Positions 1-9,207 of a stretch of DNA of 64,000 bases are shown piece by piece; the first letter of the stretch is position 1; every line of letters begins with the position of its first letter. Below the pieces are notes generated by a model, which was not told where the DNA came from, ran no database searches, and saw nothing but the letters and a program-made list of their open reading frames with translations. The position numbers were made by a program, and so were the translations under genes. The stretch covers positions 80,339 through 144,338 of the forward strand of contig JAVZYK010000001.1 in assembly GCA_038886195.1 (NCBI GenBank). Direction: 5' to 3'. Source of the DNA: Candidatus Pacearchaeota archaeon (GTDB taxonomy: Archaea; Nanobdellota; Nanobdellia; Pacearchaeales; UBA284).

Positions 1-1154
1 AGGTGTCTTTCTACGATATAGCCTATGTCCAATTCTTCAACAAGTTGTTCTCTAAGCTCTTCAGTTATTCTCTTTCTTTTGCCATCTGGTCTTATAATAC
101 CGCTTGCAGCTGGATAATCAATCTTTTTAACAATATCTTTCAATTTTTTTATGTTCTGTGAAGTAACTCTTTCTGGAACTGTTAAGACGCGAGCTATTTC
201 AAATGGTACGCCAACTTCGTTAAGTTCGATATAAGGATCTGGTGATACTACGGTTCTTGAGCTGAAATTTACTCGTTTTCCAGCAAGATTATGTCTTATT
301 CTTCCTTCCTTTCCTTTGATTCTTTCTGTTATCGTTTTTAATGGTTGTCCGCTTCGGTGTCTTGCGGGAGGAATATGAGCAATAGTATTATCAAAGAAAG
401 TTGTCACATGATATTGTAATAGATCCCATAAATCTTCGATAATTACTTCTGGAGCGCCAGCATTAAGATTTTCCCACAATCTTTGATTTGCTCTTACGAT
501 ATCGCTAAGTTTGTGAGTCAAATCATCTTCACTACGTTCTCCCGTTTCTAAAGTGATTGAAGGCCTTACTGTTACAGGAGGTACAAGAAGCAAAGTCAAT
601 ACAGCCCATTCAGGACGACAGAATTTTGGGTTAATGCCAAGCACTTCACAATCTTCATTAGAAATTTTTGCAAGTCTTTCACGGATTTCTATTGGGAATA
701 TTCTTGTTTTTCCTATATAGAAGTTGGTTGGTTTTTCTAATTTTATCTTTTCTTGTTTTGCTCCGCAATGTGGACATTTTTTTACTGTTCTTGCTTTTTC
801 TACCTTTTTTTGTTTTATTTCTTCATCTGTTAAAAGAATTCTGCCGCATTCTTGACAAGTGCTCTTTAGACACAATTCAATAAGTGGAAGGAATTTGATA
901 TGTAAAACAGGCCTTGCTAATTCAATGTAGCCAAAATGTCCTAAACATTCTTTTAATGTTCCACCACAAGTTCTGCATCTAACACCAGGTCCAGAAGCTC
1001 CGAGTCTTAAATCCATTAATCCTCCATCTACTGGGTAGCCATCCATATCGTAAAGTTCTGGAGTTACAATTTTTACTGCCCCAAATTTCTTAATTTGCTC
1101 CGGCGAAAATAATGAAAATTGAATTTCTTTAACTTGCTTGATGATCGGTTCCAT
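1..1154 (-). CDS. rpoA1: DNA-directed RNA polymerase subunit A' (Rpo1N), runs off the window start
   Basis: Manual translation from ATG at 1154: MEPIIKQVKEIQFSLFSPEQIKKFGAVKIVTPELYDMDGYPVDGGLMDLRLG...CRTCG...CLGHFGYIEL, later GKEGRIRHNLAGKRVNFSSRTVVSPDP; follows rpoB'. Confidence 0.97.
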   Translation of the reverse strand, partial: MEPIIKQVKEIQFSLFSPEQIKKFGAVKIVTPELYDMDGYPVDGGLMDLRLGASGPGVRCRTCGGTLKECLGHFGYIELARPVLHIKFLPLIELCLKSTCQECGRILLTDEEIKQKKVEKARTVKKCPHCGAKQEKIKLEKPTNFYIGKTRIFPIEIRERLAKISNEDCEVLGINPKFCRPEWAVLTLLLVPPVTVRPSITLETGERSEDDLTHKLSDIVRANQRLWENLNAGAPEVIIEDLWDLLQYHVTTFFDNTIAHIPPARHRSGQPLKTITERIKGKEGRIRHNLAGKRVNFSSRTVVSPDPYIELNEVGVPFEIARVLTVPERVTSQNIKKLKDIVKKIDYPAASGIIRPDGKRKRITEELREQLVEELDIGYIVERH

Positions 1155-1168
1155 TTTTTTAATTATTG

Positions 1169-2968
1169 TTAGTCTTCATATTTATTTTTCAATATTAAAC
1201 GAGGCAATAAATGTAATGAAATGAGCTCTTCGAACAAAAGTTTTGAAGCATAAGATATTTCTACAGGCTCTAGTTTGGAATTTCCGCATAAAGGACATAT
1301 TTCTCTTTTTCTTAACTTATCTTTAATGCCAAAGCTCCCGCATTTCGGGCAGATGTTTACTATAACGTTATCTGAACTGAATCTTTCTTTTAGCAGCAAT
1401 GAAGAGCCGTGTGCAACTAATGCATCTTTTTCCATTTCTCCCAATCTTAATGCGCCTCCTTTGGCTCTGCCTTCTACCGGCTGTCTTGTTAAAAGAGTAA
1501 TTTTGCCAGAAGCTCTTGCTTGTATTTTATTTGCTACCATGTATTTCAATTTTAGATAATACATGTTGCCTACAAATATCTTGGCTTCTAAAGGTTTTCC
1601 TGTTAATCCGTCGTAAAGAGTTTCTTTTCCATCAGATCTGAAGCCCAATTCCAATAAGAATTTTTCAAGTTCTTCTATGCTTTGTTCAGAAAATGCTGTA
1701 CCATCTATATTTTCGCCTTTTAAACATCCAACTTTTCCTCCAAGAAGTTCGATAAGATAAGATACAGTCATTCTGCTTGGCAGTCCATGAGGATTGAAAA
1801 TTAAATCTGGCTTAACTCCTTGAGCTGTAAAAGGCAAGTCTTCTTCTGGTGCAATCATTCCGATTACTCCTTTCTGGCCATGCGGAGTAGCGAATTTATC
1901 CCCAAGTTCAGGAATTCTATTGTCTCTTGTCCTTACTTGTACTATTTTTCTACCTTCACCATCTATCGTTATAAAAACAGCATCAACTATGCCCTTTTCA
2001 CTCTGTCTAATAACAGTGCTGTTTTCTTTTTTGGCTCTCGCTAATGAAATTTCTTCCATTTCTAGCAAAAACTTCGGAGGAGAAACTTTGCCTATAACGA
2101 CATCTTCTTCAGAGAGTTCAGCTTCTGGATAAACAATACCGTCTTCTTCAAGATTCCTATAAACTTTTTCAGTTCTATAGCCGCTTACATCTTTTGTTGG
2201 AATGCAAATTTCATCTTTTAAATTACCAGTATAATGAAGTTCTACTGAAGTATATGGCCTAAAATAAGTGCTACGTCCCAAACCTCTTTCTATTGAAGCT
2301 TTATTTATAACTATAGCATCACTCATGTTATAACCTTCGAAAGGCATTATTGCTACCACGACATTTTGTCCGGCCGGATAGAAATTTTTAATAGTGTCAT
2401 AGACGAAACTCTTAACTATTGGTTTCTGAGGGTAATGAAGTATGCTTACATCAGTATCTATTAAGTCAAGATAGTTTGCAGCGTATAAGCCCAAAGCTTG
2501 TTTTTGTGTTTTACTACCTCTGTTAAGTCTAGAACTATGATCGTGATTGGCAAAAGGTACTAAGGCAGTGATTAAACCAAACATGGCTATTGGACTTATT
2601 TCAACATGAGTATGTTCTGGAGTTAATTCATCAGGAGTCATTGCTATTAATAAGTTGTCTTCTTCTGCAGCATCTACATACTCTATTATGCCTAGATTAA
2701 CCAAATCATCCCAGTTTAATTCTCCTTTGATTATTGCTTCTATATGCTCTTGCTTAAGCATTGACTTGCCATCTTTTGCTATAATTAGAGGTCGTAGAAC
2801 TCTGCCGCTATCCGTGGTTAAAAAAATAGTGTTTATTATTTTATCAAATCTTACACTCAATTCTTGAGGAAATTCACCGTTTCTTCTTTTTTCTCGGATT
2901 TGTTGGACAAATGTTTCAGCATTGTCTACTTCGCCTATAAATCTTCCATTATAAAATACATCAACCAT
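1169..2968 (-). CDS. rpoB1: RNA polymerase subunit B' (Rpo2C)
   Basis: GDKFATPHGQKG, NPHGLPSRMT, RQPVEGRAKGGALRLGEME, C-terminal CPKC...CPLC zinc ribbon. Confidence 0.97.
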   Translation of the reverse strand: MVDVFYNGRFIGEVDNAETFVQQIREKRRNGEFPQELSVRFDKIINTIFLTTDSGRVLRPLIIAKDGKSMLKQEHIEAIIKGELNWDDLVNLGIIEYVDAAEEDNLLIAMTPDELTPEHTHVEISPIAMFGLITALVPFANHDHSSRLNRGSKTQKQALGLYAANYLDLIDTDVSILHYPQKPIVKSFVYDTIKNFYPAGQNVVVAIMPFEGYNMSDAIVINKASIERGLGRSTYFRPYTSVELHYTGNLKDEICIPTKDVSGYRTEKVYRNLEEDGIVYPEAELSEEDVVIGKVSPPKFLLEMEEISLARAKKENSTVIRQSEKGIVDAVFITIDGEGRKIVQVRTRDNRIPELGDKFATPHGQKGVIGMIAPEEDLPFTAQGVKPDLIFNPHGLPSRMTVSYLIELLGGKVGCLKGENIDGTAFSEQSIEELEKFLLELGFRSDGKETLYDGLTGKPLEAKIFVGNMYYLKLKYMVANKIQARASGKITLLTRQPVEGRAKGGALRLGEMEKDALVAHGSSLLLKERFSSDNVIVNICPKCGSFGIKDKLRKREICPLCGNSKLEPVEISYASKLLFEELISLHLLPRLILKNKYED

Positions 2969-2971
2969 TTT

Positions 2972-4450
2972 TTATTTGAAAGTTTTCATTCCCATTTTTT
3001 CTAAAGCATTTATGAATTCCTTTTCTTCAAGTTTCACCGTGGTGCTTACTTTGGCTAACATAGATAAATTTTTTCTTAATCCTATGCTTGTTCCTTCTGG
3101 AGTTTCTATAGGACAAAACCTTCCATAATGGGTTGGATGCAAAGTCCTCGCTTTGAAATTTTCCTGTTCAGACGGAAGTAAGCTTACAACTCTTTGTAGT
3201 TGAGATAATACTGCTAAGCCATTTGTTTTATCCATATTCTGTGTTACTCCTGTTCTTTGTCCTATCCATGAACCGGTAGCTAATGCGCTTTCAATTCTAT
3301 GTGAGAATAAAGTTGACTTTGCAAGACTTTTGATCGAATAAAATTTTTTCTTCCTTGCAATTTTTAATAAATTGTGTTGTAAATCTCTAACAAATATAGT
3401 TAAATTCACTCTGAACAAGTCGGTTAACAAATCACCACTTAAACGAACACGTTTATTAGCATAATGGTCTTTATCGCTTTCTAGTTTTAATTCCTTAGCT
3501 ATTAGAAAATGTTTTATTAATTTACATAATGTGAGCGCTTTTTCTTTCCTGTTTTCTGGTTTTGTTCCTATATGCGATAAGAAAGTTGAGTCAAGTCTAG
3601 CTTTAACTCTATCAAGAATTTCTTTTTTCGTTCCTTCTAGTGACATTAGTTGTGCTATTGCAATCATCGCACTTTCTGAATCTTGAATTGAAGCATGTTC
3701 ATATAGATTTACTATAAGCGCTTCAGATTCCTTTCCTATAAGAGATGCAATATCAGAATCTTTTGTTATGCCCAGCGCTTTTATAACAAGAATTGCAGGA
3801 ATGTTCTTGAACCTAGAGAATGAAACATAAATGATGCCTTCTGAAGATTGATTAATTGTTATAGGAATTCTATAAGCTCCGCGGCTTGAAAAAAGTCTTA
3901 AAGCAAGTCCTTTTGGAGTTTCTTCTGTAAATGCTTGATTTTGCGCTAAATCTTCTATCATCACTAAAACTCGCTCGTTTCCATTAATTATAAAGTATCC
4001 TCCTGGATCGTTAGGATCTTCATAATTTTTAATCAATTCTTCAGAAGACATTCCATGAATATTACAATATTTGCTTTTAACCATTATCGGAATTTTTCCT
4101 ATTTCCACTGGAGTATATTCTTTATTTCCTATTCCTATTTCAAGATAGATAGGAGCGGAATATGTTATTTTTCTAAGTCTTGCTTCAATTGGCAAAATGT
4201 TGCGAATGGAACCGTCAGCTTCTACGATTTGCGGCTTACCTACGCTAATTTTTCCTAACCACAATTCTATTTCATCTTTAGGAATTTCTTCATTAATTGT
4301 ATCGATTATTTGTTGTAGTTTATTGTCTATAAAATCATTAAATGAGAGAATGTTAGATTCTATTAAAGAATGTTCTTGAAGATATTTTTTAATTAATATG
4401 TTCATCGTATCTTTTTTCTTTATTTCGTCCTTATTTTCTACATCTGTCAT
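2972..4450 (-). CDS. rpoB2: RNA polymerase subunit B'' (Rpo2N)
   Basis: DPGGYFIINGNERV, DKDHYANKRVRL, HYGRFCPIETPEG motifs. Confidence 0.96.
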   Translation of the reverse strand: MTDVENKDEIKKKDTMNILIKKYLQEHSLIESNILSFNDFIDNKLQQIIDTINEEIPKDEIELWLGKISVGKPQIVEADGSIRNILPIEARLRKITYSAPIYLEIGIGNKEYTPVEIGKIPIMVKSKYCNIHGMSSEELIKNYEDPNDPGGYFIINGNERVLVMIEDLAQNQAFTEETPKGLALRLFSSRGAYRIPITINQSSEGIIYVSFSRFKNIPAILVIKALGITKDSDIASLIGKESEALIVNLYEHASIQDSESAMIAIAQLMSLEGTKKEILDRVKARLDSTFLSHIGTKPENRKEKALTLCKLIKHFLIAKELKLESDKDHYANKRVRLSGDLLTDLFRVNLTIFVRDLQHNLLKIARKKKFYSIKSLAKSTLFSHRIESALATGSWIGQRTGVTQNMDKTNGLAVLSQLQRVVSLLPSEQENFKARTLHPTHYGRFCPIETPEGTSIGLRKNLSMLAKVSTTVKLEEKEFINALEKMGMKTFK

Positions 4451-4461
4451 TTTTAATACAG

Positions 4462-4671
4462 CTATGGAACAACCAAACGATAATAAAAGACTTTTCCAGT
4501 TTTAGTTTTGCGTTCTATTTTAATTATATCTCCAACTTTTGCGTCTTCTGGCAAAGCAGGATCTTTCTTTCTAATTTTTGGCAGCTGTTGTGGAGTAATA
4601 TTAAATTTTTCTAGCAGTGCCTTAGATTCTTCTGGCTTTAGTTTCGTATGCTTTGGCTGTAGAACATGCAT
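4462..4671 (-). CDS. rpoH: RNA polymerase subunit H (Rpo5)
   Basis: HVLQPKH...QLPKIRKKDPA...GDIIKIERK...YYRLV; first gene of the H-B''-B'-A' operon. Confidence 0.96.
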   Translation of the reverse strand: MHVLQPKHTKLKPEESKALLEKFNITPQQLPKIRKKDPALPEDAKVGDIIKIERKTKTGKVFYYRLVVP

Positions 4672-4863
4672 TTTTTCGACTATAAAAACAAAAATATCAT
4701 AGATAGTTTTTAAATCTTTTGGTTTCTTGTTTTTTCATTCTTATTGATTATTTTTATTATATATTTTATTATTTTTAATTGTAGCCACTATTTAATAGAT
4801 AAACAATCGAAAGATTTATAAATAATGTTATCTTTGAAAAATAGTAAAAATTTATAACAAAAA

Positions 4864-5652
4864 ATGACATTAAAAAGCGATTTAATAAAAAAAATTAAAT
4901 ATCATTTTGGCTTAAATATTTATGAAAGCAAAGTTTGGCTTGCTCTTTTGAGTAAGTCTATAGCCACAGTTGGCGAGATTGCAGAAATTTCAGGAGTTCC
5001 TAGAAGCAGGGTTTATGATGTTCTAGAAAGTTTAGAAAAGCAAGGTTTTGCTATAGCCAAATTAGGAAAACCTATAAAATATATTGCCGTAAAACCAGCA
5101 GTAGTTATAGAACACCTTAAAAATAATATTTTAAAAAATGCAGAAGAAAAAGCAAAAAATTTGGCTTCTATAAAAGAAACCGAAGAATATAGAGAGTTGG
5201 AGTTATTGCATAGCAAAGGCATTAAACCTGTACAACCAGAAGATCTTAGTTCCGCAATAAAAGGCAAACAGAATATTTATGCTCATATGAAGGAACTAAT
5301 ATCAAATGCAGAAAAAGAAGTGACAATTGTTTCCAATGCAGAATCTCTAAGACAAGAAGCATATTTTTTGAAACCCATATTTGATAAATTAAAAGCACAG
5401 GGTAAGGCAATTCATATAGCAGTAAGCGATAATCCTGAAAGCAAAGTCAATTTATCAGCTTTGTCAAAAGAATTGGGAGTGCCTATTAGAAAGATAAAGA
5501 TTAATGCAAAATTTTGTATAGTTGATAATTCAAAGCTTTTGGTTTTTGTTACGCCAAATGCGGATGATGAAAAAGAATTGGCTGTATGGATAAATAGTCC
5601 ATTTTTCTCTAGAGCTTTAACTACATTTTTATTACCTATTTGGCACGCTTAA
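4864..5652 (+). CDS. TrmB-family transcriptional regulator
   Basis: GLNIYESKVWLALL...EIAEISGVPRSRVYDVLESLEKQG HTH, followed by the effector domain (AKFCIVDN); divergent from rpoH. Confidence 0.9.
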   Translation: MTLKSDLIKKIKYHFGLNIYESKVWLALLSKSIATVGEIAEISGVPRSRVYDVLESLEKQGFAIAKLGKPIKYIAVKPAVVIEHLKNNILKNAEEKAKNLASIKETEEYRELELLHSKGIKPVQPEDLSSAIKGKQNIYAHMKELISNAEKEVTIVSNAESLRQEAYFLKPIFDKLKAQGKAIHIAVSDNPESKVNLSALSKELGVPIRKIKINAKFCIVDNSKLLVFVTPNADDEKELAVWINSPFFSRALTTFLLPIWHA

Positions 5653-5725
5653 ATTTAATTTTTATATTTTCTGTAGAATTATTCAAGAGAAAAAAAGAAA
5701 AAAAACAAAAATAGAAAAAAGAGTT

Positions 5726-6070
5726 TTAACCTTTAGCCATAGAGAATACTGATTTTAGGGCTACGATTATTGTAGCTGGTACGAATAACATCAACATGTT
5801 GTTTAAGATATTCTGCAAGAAAGCTATGTCCCCTATTTTTAACATTGCAAAAACTGAACCACCAAAGTAGCTAACGATTACAAGAATCGCGCCAGCCAAT
5901 AAGAAAGGCTGTACTTCTACATCTGCTATGTTCAATAGTCCTATGATAATACCTATTATCACTAGAAGCCATCCAAGCCATAAGCCATATGCGAAAAATC
6001 CAAAGATTACTGCAAGAATAACTCCAATAAGGAAAGCCCACGCTCCTATTAAATTCTTTTTTTTAGACAT
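5726..6070 (-). CDS. Small multi-pass membrane protein
   Basis: About four hydrophobic helices; strong SD (AAGGAGGT) upstream. Confidence 0.75.
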   Translation of the reverse strand: MSKKKNLIGAWAFLIGVILAVIFGFFAYGLWLGWLLVIIGIIIGLLNIADVEVQPFLLAGAILVIVSYFGGSVFAMLKIGDIAFLQNILNNMLMLFVPATIIVALKSVFSMAKG

Positions 6071-6165
6071 TTTACCTCCTTTTTATTTTAATATTAAATC
6101 TAGAAGACTAATCTCTTTTTAAAGTTTTTGTTTATTTTTTTCTATTATTGAGTGAATTTTAATAG

Positions 6166-6238
6166 AGCGCGGGGTGGGACTCGCACCCACGAATACTCGC
6201 TCTGCAGGCGAGCGCCGTTGCTACTGGGCCACCCGCGC
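6166..6238 (-). tRNA. tRNA-Cys(GCA)
   Basis: Reverse complement folds as GCGCGGG/CCCGCGC acceptor stem with U73, CTCGC-CT[GCA]GA-GCGAG anticodon arm and GTGGG-TGCGAGT-CCCAC T arm; no encoded CCA. Confidence 0.92.
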
Positions 6239-6302
6239 TTAAATTATTAATAAAATCATTAAGAATCAGTGCTTTTTAAATTTTTTATTGAATTGTTTAA
6301 TT

Positions 6303-6575
6303 TTATTTGAAAGAAATTTCTTTTAAAAACTCAAGGATTTCTTGTTCTGTTTTATATTCCTTTTTGGTTCTGTTTTTAATGTATAGGGCATGATTATAGC
6401 CAATTATTAATTTAAAATCTCCTTTAAAAATTTCTATCTCTGGATTTTTGTTATATCTTAGAATAAAATTGTAACCTTTATCCAACGCTAGTATTTTTCT
6501 TCCAATTTCTTCTATTGTCATCAATGGGCTTTTAATTTTTTCTTCTATGTTTTTATTTTTTCCAACTTCAGTCAT
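6303..6575 (-). CDS. Hypothetical protein (~90 aa)
   Basis: The ORF-track start (6617) lies inside tRNA-Arg; ATG at 6575 (MTEVGK...) is the plausible start. Confidence 0.55.
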   Translation of the reverse strand: MTEVGKNKNIEEKIKSPLMTIEEIGRKILALDKGYNFILRYNKNPEIEIFKGDFKLIIGYNHALYIKNRTKKEYKTEQEILEFLKEISFK

Positions 6576-6587
6576 TTTTATTTTAAA

Positions 6588-6662
6588 CGGGCCCGACAGG
6601 ATTTGAACCTGCGACATCTTGCTTAGAAGGCAAGCGCTCTATCCAGGCTGAGCTACGGGCCC
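6588..6662 (-). tRNA. tRNA-Arg(TCT)
   Basis: GGGCCCGTAGCTCAGCCTGGATAGAGCG-CTTGC-CT[TCT]AA-GCAAG-ATGTC-GCAGG-TTCAAAT-CCTGT-CGGGCCC-G; no intron, no CCA. Confidence 0.96.
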
Positions 6663-6704
6663 ATAATATCTATAAGTATTACAAATTTATAAAGTTTTAG
6701 AAAA

Positions 6705-7394
6705 TTATTTGTTATCTTCAACTGCTTTTTTAATATTCTCTAAAAAAGCATTTTTACAAATTTTACTAAATGCCACTACTTTATTTTTTCCATGCTCTTT
6801 TGCATATCTTAATGCAATATTTGCTTTTTCAAAAAGAGTTTGTTCGTTACTCTTTTCTTTGTTTTTTGGCATAAATCTCTCATAAAGGCTTTTTATTTCT
6901 ACATTTTCTTTTTCTAAAGGTTTGTTTTGAGCCACCCCTATACTAACAGTAACACCATAGTTAAATAAAAATTTGTCCGCCATAATTAAATTACGAAGTC
7001 GTTCGGCCATCTTTTCTGCTTCTTCTTCTTTAGTTTCGGGCATAAGTACTACAAATTCTTCTCCACCGAAACGAGCCGCAATATCTGTTTCACGAATGTT
7101 GCTTTTTATTATAGTAGCAACAAGTTGTAAAATTTCATCGCCTCGAAGATAGCCGTAATTGTCATTTATTTTTTTAAAATCATCTATATCTATAATGATT
7201 AATGAAAGAATTCTACCGTAGCGTTCAGAAATTGCTAGCTCATGTTTAAACTCAGAACTAAAATATCTGTAATTGTAAAGCTGCGTTTTTGTGTCTACAG
7301 TTGCTAGATAGTATAGTTTTGCTATTTTTTGTGCGTCCAATGTTATTTCTTTTTTGTCACTGTTTTGTCCAAGAATTTTTTTAAGCCAATCCAT
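6705..7394 (-). CDS. GGDEF-domain protein (putative diguanylate cyclase)
   Basis: DTKTQLYN, DIDDFKKINDNYGYLRGD, RETD-x5-GGEEF, VTVSIGVA, ALRYAKEHGKN. Confidence 0.93.
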   Translation of the reverse strand: MDWLKKILGQNSDKKEITLDAQKIAKLYYLATVDTKTQLYNYRYFSSEFKHELAISERYGRILSLIIIDIDDFKKINDNYGYLRGDEILQLVATIIKSNIRETDIAARFGGEEFVVLMPETKEEEAEKMAERLRNLIMADKFLFNYGVTVSIGVAQNKPLEKENVEIKSLYERFMPKNKEKSNEQTLFEKANIALRYAKEHGKNKVVAFSKICKNAFLENIKKAVEDNK

Positions 7395-7451
7395 TTTTTA
7401 TATATTGTAATTATAAATTATATTTAAAAATCTAACTATTCTCGTCATATT

Positions 7452-8219
7452 ATGATAGATTGTCATTGTCATTTAGAACAAAAGGATTATGATAAAGATC
7501 GCGAACGAATAATAGAACAGTGCAAGCAAAAGCTCAAGGCTTTAGTAACTTGCGCAGCACATCCTAGAGACATTACATTGACATTAGAATTAGTTAAAAA
7601 ATATAAAGGGTTTGTTTTTTGTTCTGTAGGAATACATCCTGAATACATTAAAGAAATCTCAGAAAAAGAAATTAATAAAACAATTAAAGAAATTGAGGAA
7701 AATAAACGAGAGATTTCTGCAATAGGTGAGATAGGTTTAGATTATTATTGGATTAAAGAGCCAGAGTGGAGAGAAAAACAAAAAGAATTGTTTAGGAAAA
7801 TGATTGTTCTAGCTAAAAGATTAAATTTGCCTTTAATAATTCATAGCAGAGATGCAACAGAAGACGCAATAAAAATTTTAGAACAAGAAGGGATGAAAAA
7901 TAAAAGGGTTTTAATGCATATGTTTAATGATCGAAAATTTCTTCAAAGAGTTATTGACAATGATTGGTTCATTTCAATTGGTCCTGGAATAAAAAAATCA
8001 AAAGATATAAAGAAAATCGCAAGAGACACGCCTTTATCAAAGATAATGCTCGAAACAGATTCGCCTTGGTTTGCACAAGAAGGACAGAAATATGGAATGC
8101 CATTGAATGTTAAAATCGCTTGTGAGAAAATTGCCGAAATTAAACACATCTCGATAGAAGAAGTTGAAAAGCAAACAGATTTAAATGCTATTGAGTTTTT
8201 TAATCTTGGGATAAAATGA
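7452..8219 (+). CDS. tatD: TatD-family deoxyribonuclease
   Basis: MIDCHCHL, GIHP, AIGEIGLDY, IIHSR, LETDSP. Confidence 0.93.
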   Translation: MIDCHCHLEQKDYDKDRERIIEQCKQKLKALVTCAAHPRDITLTLELVKKYKGFVFCSVGIHPEYIKEISEKEINKTIKEIEENKREISAIGEIGLDYYWIKEPEWREKQKELFRKMIVLAKRLNLPLIIHSRDATEDAIKILEQEGMKNKRVLMHMFNDRKFLQRVIDNDWFISIGPGIKKSKDIKKIARDTPLSKIMLETDSPWFAQEGQKYGMPLNVKIACEKIAEIKHISIEEVEKQTDLNAIEFFNLGIK

Positions 8220-8476
8220 ATATATTAACAATTATATTAGTGATCATTATTGCTTTGTTAGGCTATCCAACAGGGCTATTAATTGCGAAATTTACAGAAG
8301 AAGAACTTCACACAGGAAGAAAATGGTTTAAGTTGATCATTGTTGTATGTATTTTAGCAATAATTGTTTCGATTTTCATTGCTAAAGCCGAAACTTTGCT
8401 TTTTTTGATTTCAAGTTTTATTTTCATCTTGCTAGTGGCCCTAGCATCTTTAATTAAATCGAGGAAAAAGAAGTAA
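8216..8476 (+). CDS. Small 3-TM membrane protein
   Basis: Three hydrophobic helices, EEL..GRKWF loop; ATGA overlap with tatD. Confidence 0.7.
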   Translation: MNILTIILVIIIALLGYPTGLLIAKFTEEELHTGRKWFKLIIVVCILAIIVSIFIAKAETLLFLISSFIFILLVALASLIKSRKKK

Positions 8477-8477
8477 A

Positions 8478-9200
8478 ATGCTATATCTCATTGGCCTTGG
8501 ACTTGATTTGAAAGATATCTCATTAAAAGGAATGGAAGCAATAAAAAAATGCCACAAGATTTATTTAGAAATTTACACAACTTTGTTGCCTTACAAAAAA
8601 GCAGCTTTAGAAAAGATTATCGGGAAGAAAGTCATTATAGCTATGCGCGAGGATGTTGAGAATAAAGGAAAAGAATTTGTAAAAGAAGCCCAGAAGAAAA
8701 ATGTCGCACTATTAGTTTATGGCGATCCTCTGGCTGCGACAACACACATCTCGTTACTTCAAGAGGCAAAGAAACTAAAAGTGCCAGTTAAAGTTTTACA
8801 CAATAGCTCAATTTTTAATGCAATCAGCGAAACTGGCTTACATCTTTACAAGTTCGGTAAAACCGCCTCGATTCCAGAATGGCATAAAGGCTATGAACCG
8901 GTTTCTTTTTTTAATGTAGTTAAGGAAAATTTAAGCATTAATGCACATACTTTGTTACTTGTTGATATTGGGTTAAGTTTTGAAAAAGCATTGTATGAGT
9001 TGGAAAAAGCCTCGAGAGGCATGATTGATAATATAATTGTTTGCTCGAGGCTCGGAACAGATGAACAATATATAGTTTATAGCACATTGAAAGAGTTATT
9101 GAAAAATAAAAAGATTCAAGCAAAAGTCAAAGAACCTTTTTGTTTCATTGTTCCTGCTTCGTTGCACTTTACAGAAGCCGAGTTTTTAGAGTTGTTTTGA
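8478..9200 (+). CDS. dph5: Diphthine synthase
   Basis: MLYLIGLGL, YLEIYT, GDPLAATTH, GLHLYKFGKTASIP, HTLLLVDI. Confidence 0.93.
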   Translation: MLYLIGLGLDLKDISLKGMEAIKKCHKIYLEIYTTLLPYKKAALEKIIGKKVIIAMREDVENKGKEFVKEAQKKNVALLVYGDPLAATTHISLLQEAKKLKVPVKVLHNSSIFNAISETGLHLYKFGKTASIPEWHKGYEPVSFFNVVKENLSINAHTLLLVDIGLSFEKALYELEKASRGMIDNIIVCSRLGTDEQYIVYSTLKELLKNKKIQAKVKEPFCFIVPASLHFTEAEFLELF

Positions 9201-9207
9201 ATTGAAT

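Noticed and set aside
4102..4113. TTCCACTGGAG, resembling an ORB core
   Set aside because: Single copy inside rpoB'', no G-string and no cdc6 nearby.
668..4702. Plus-strand short ORFs over the RNAP genes
   Set aside because: Antisense shadows of clearly identified genes; the same applies to most ORFs under 130 aa nested in larger genes across the window.
6576..6617. N-terminal extension of ORF 6303..6617
   Set aside because: Overlaps tRNA-Arg; the downstream ATG at 6575 is more plausible.
6166..7394. tRNA-anchored integrated element carrying the GGDEF gene
   Set aside because: No integrase and no duplicated tRNA 3' end seen; GGDEF lies on the 5' side of tRNA-Arg.
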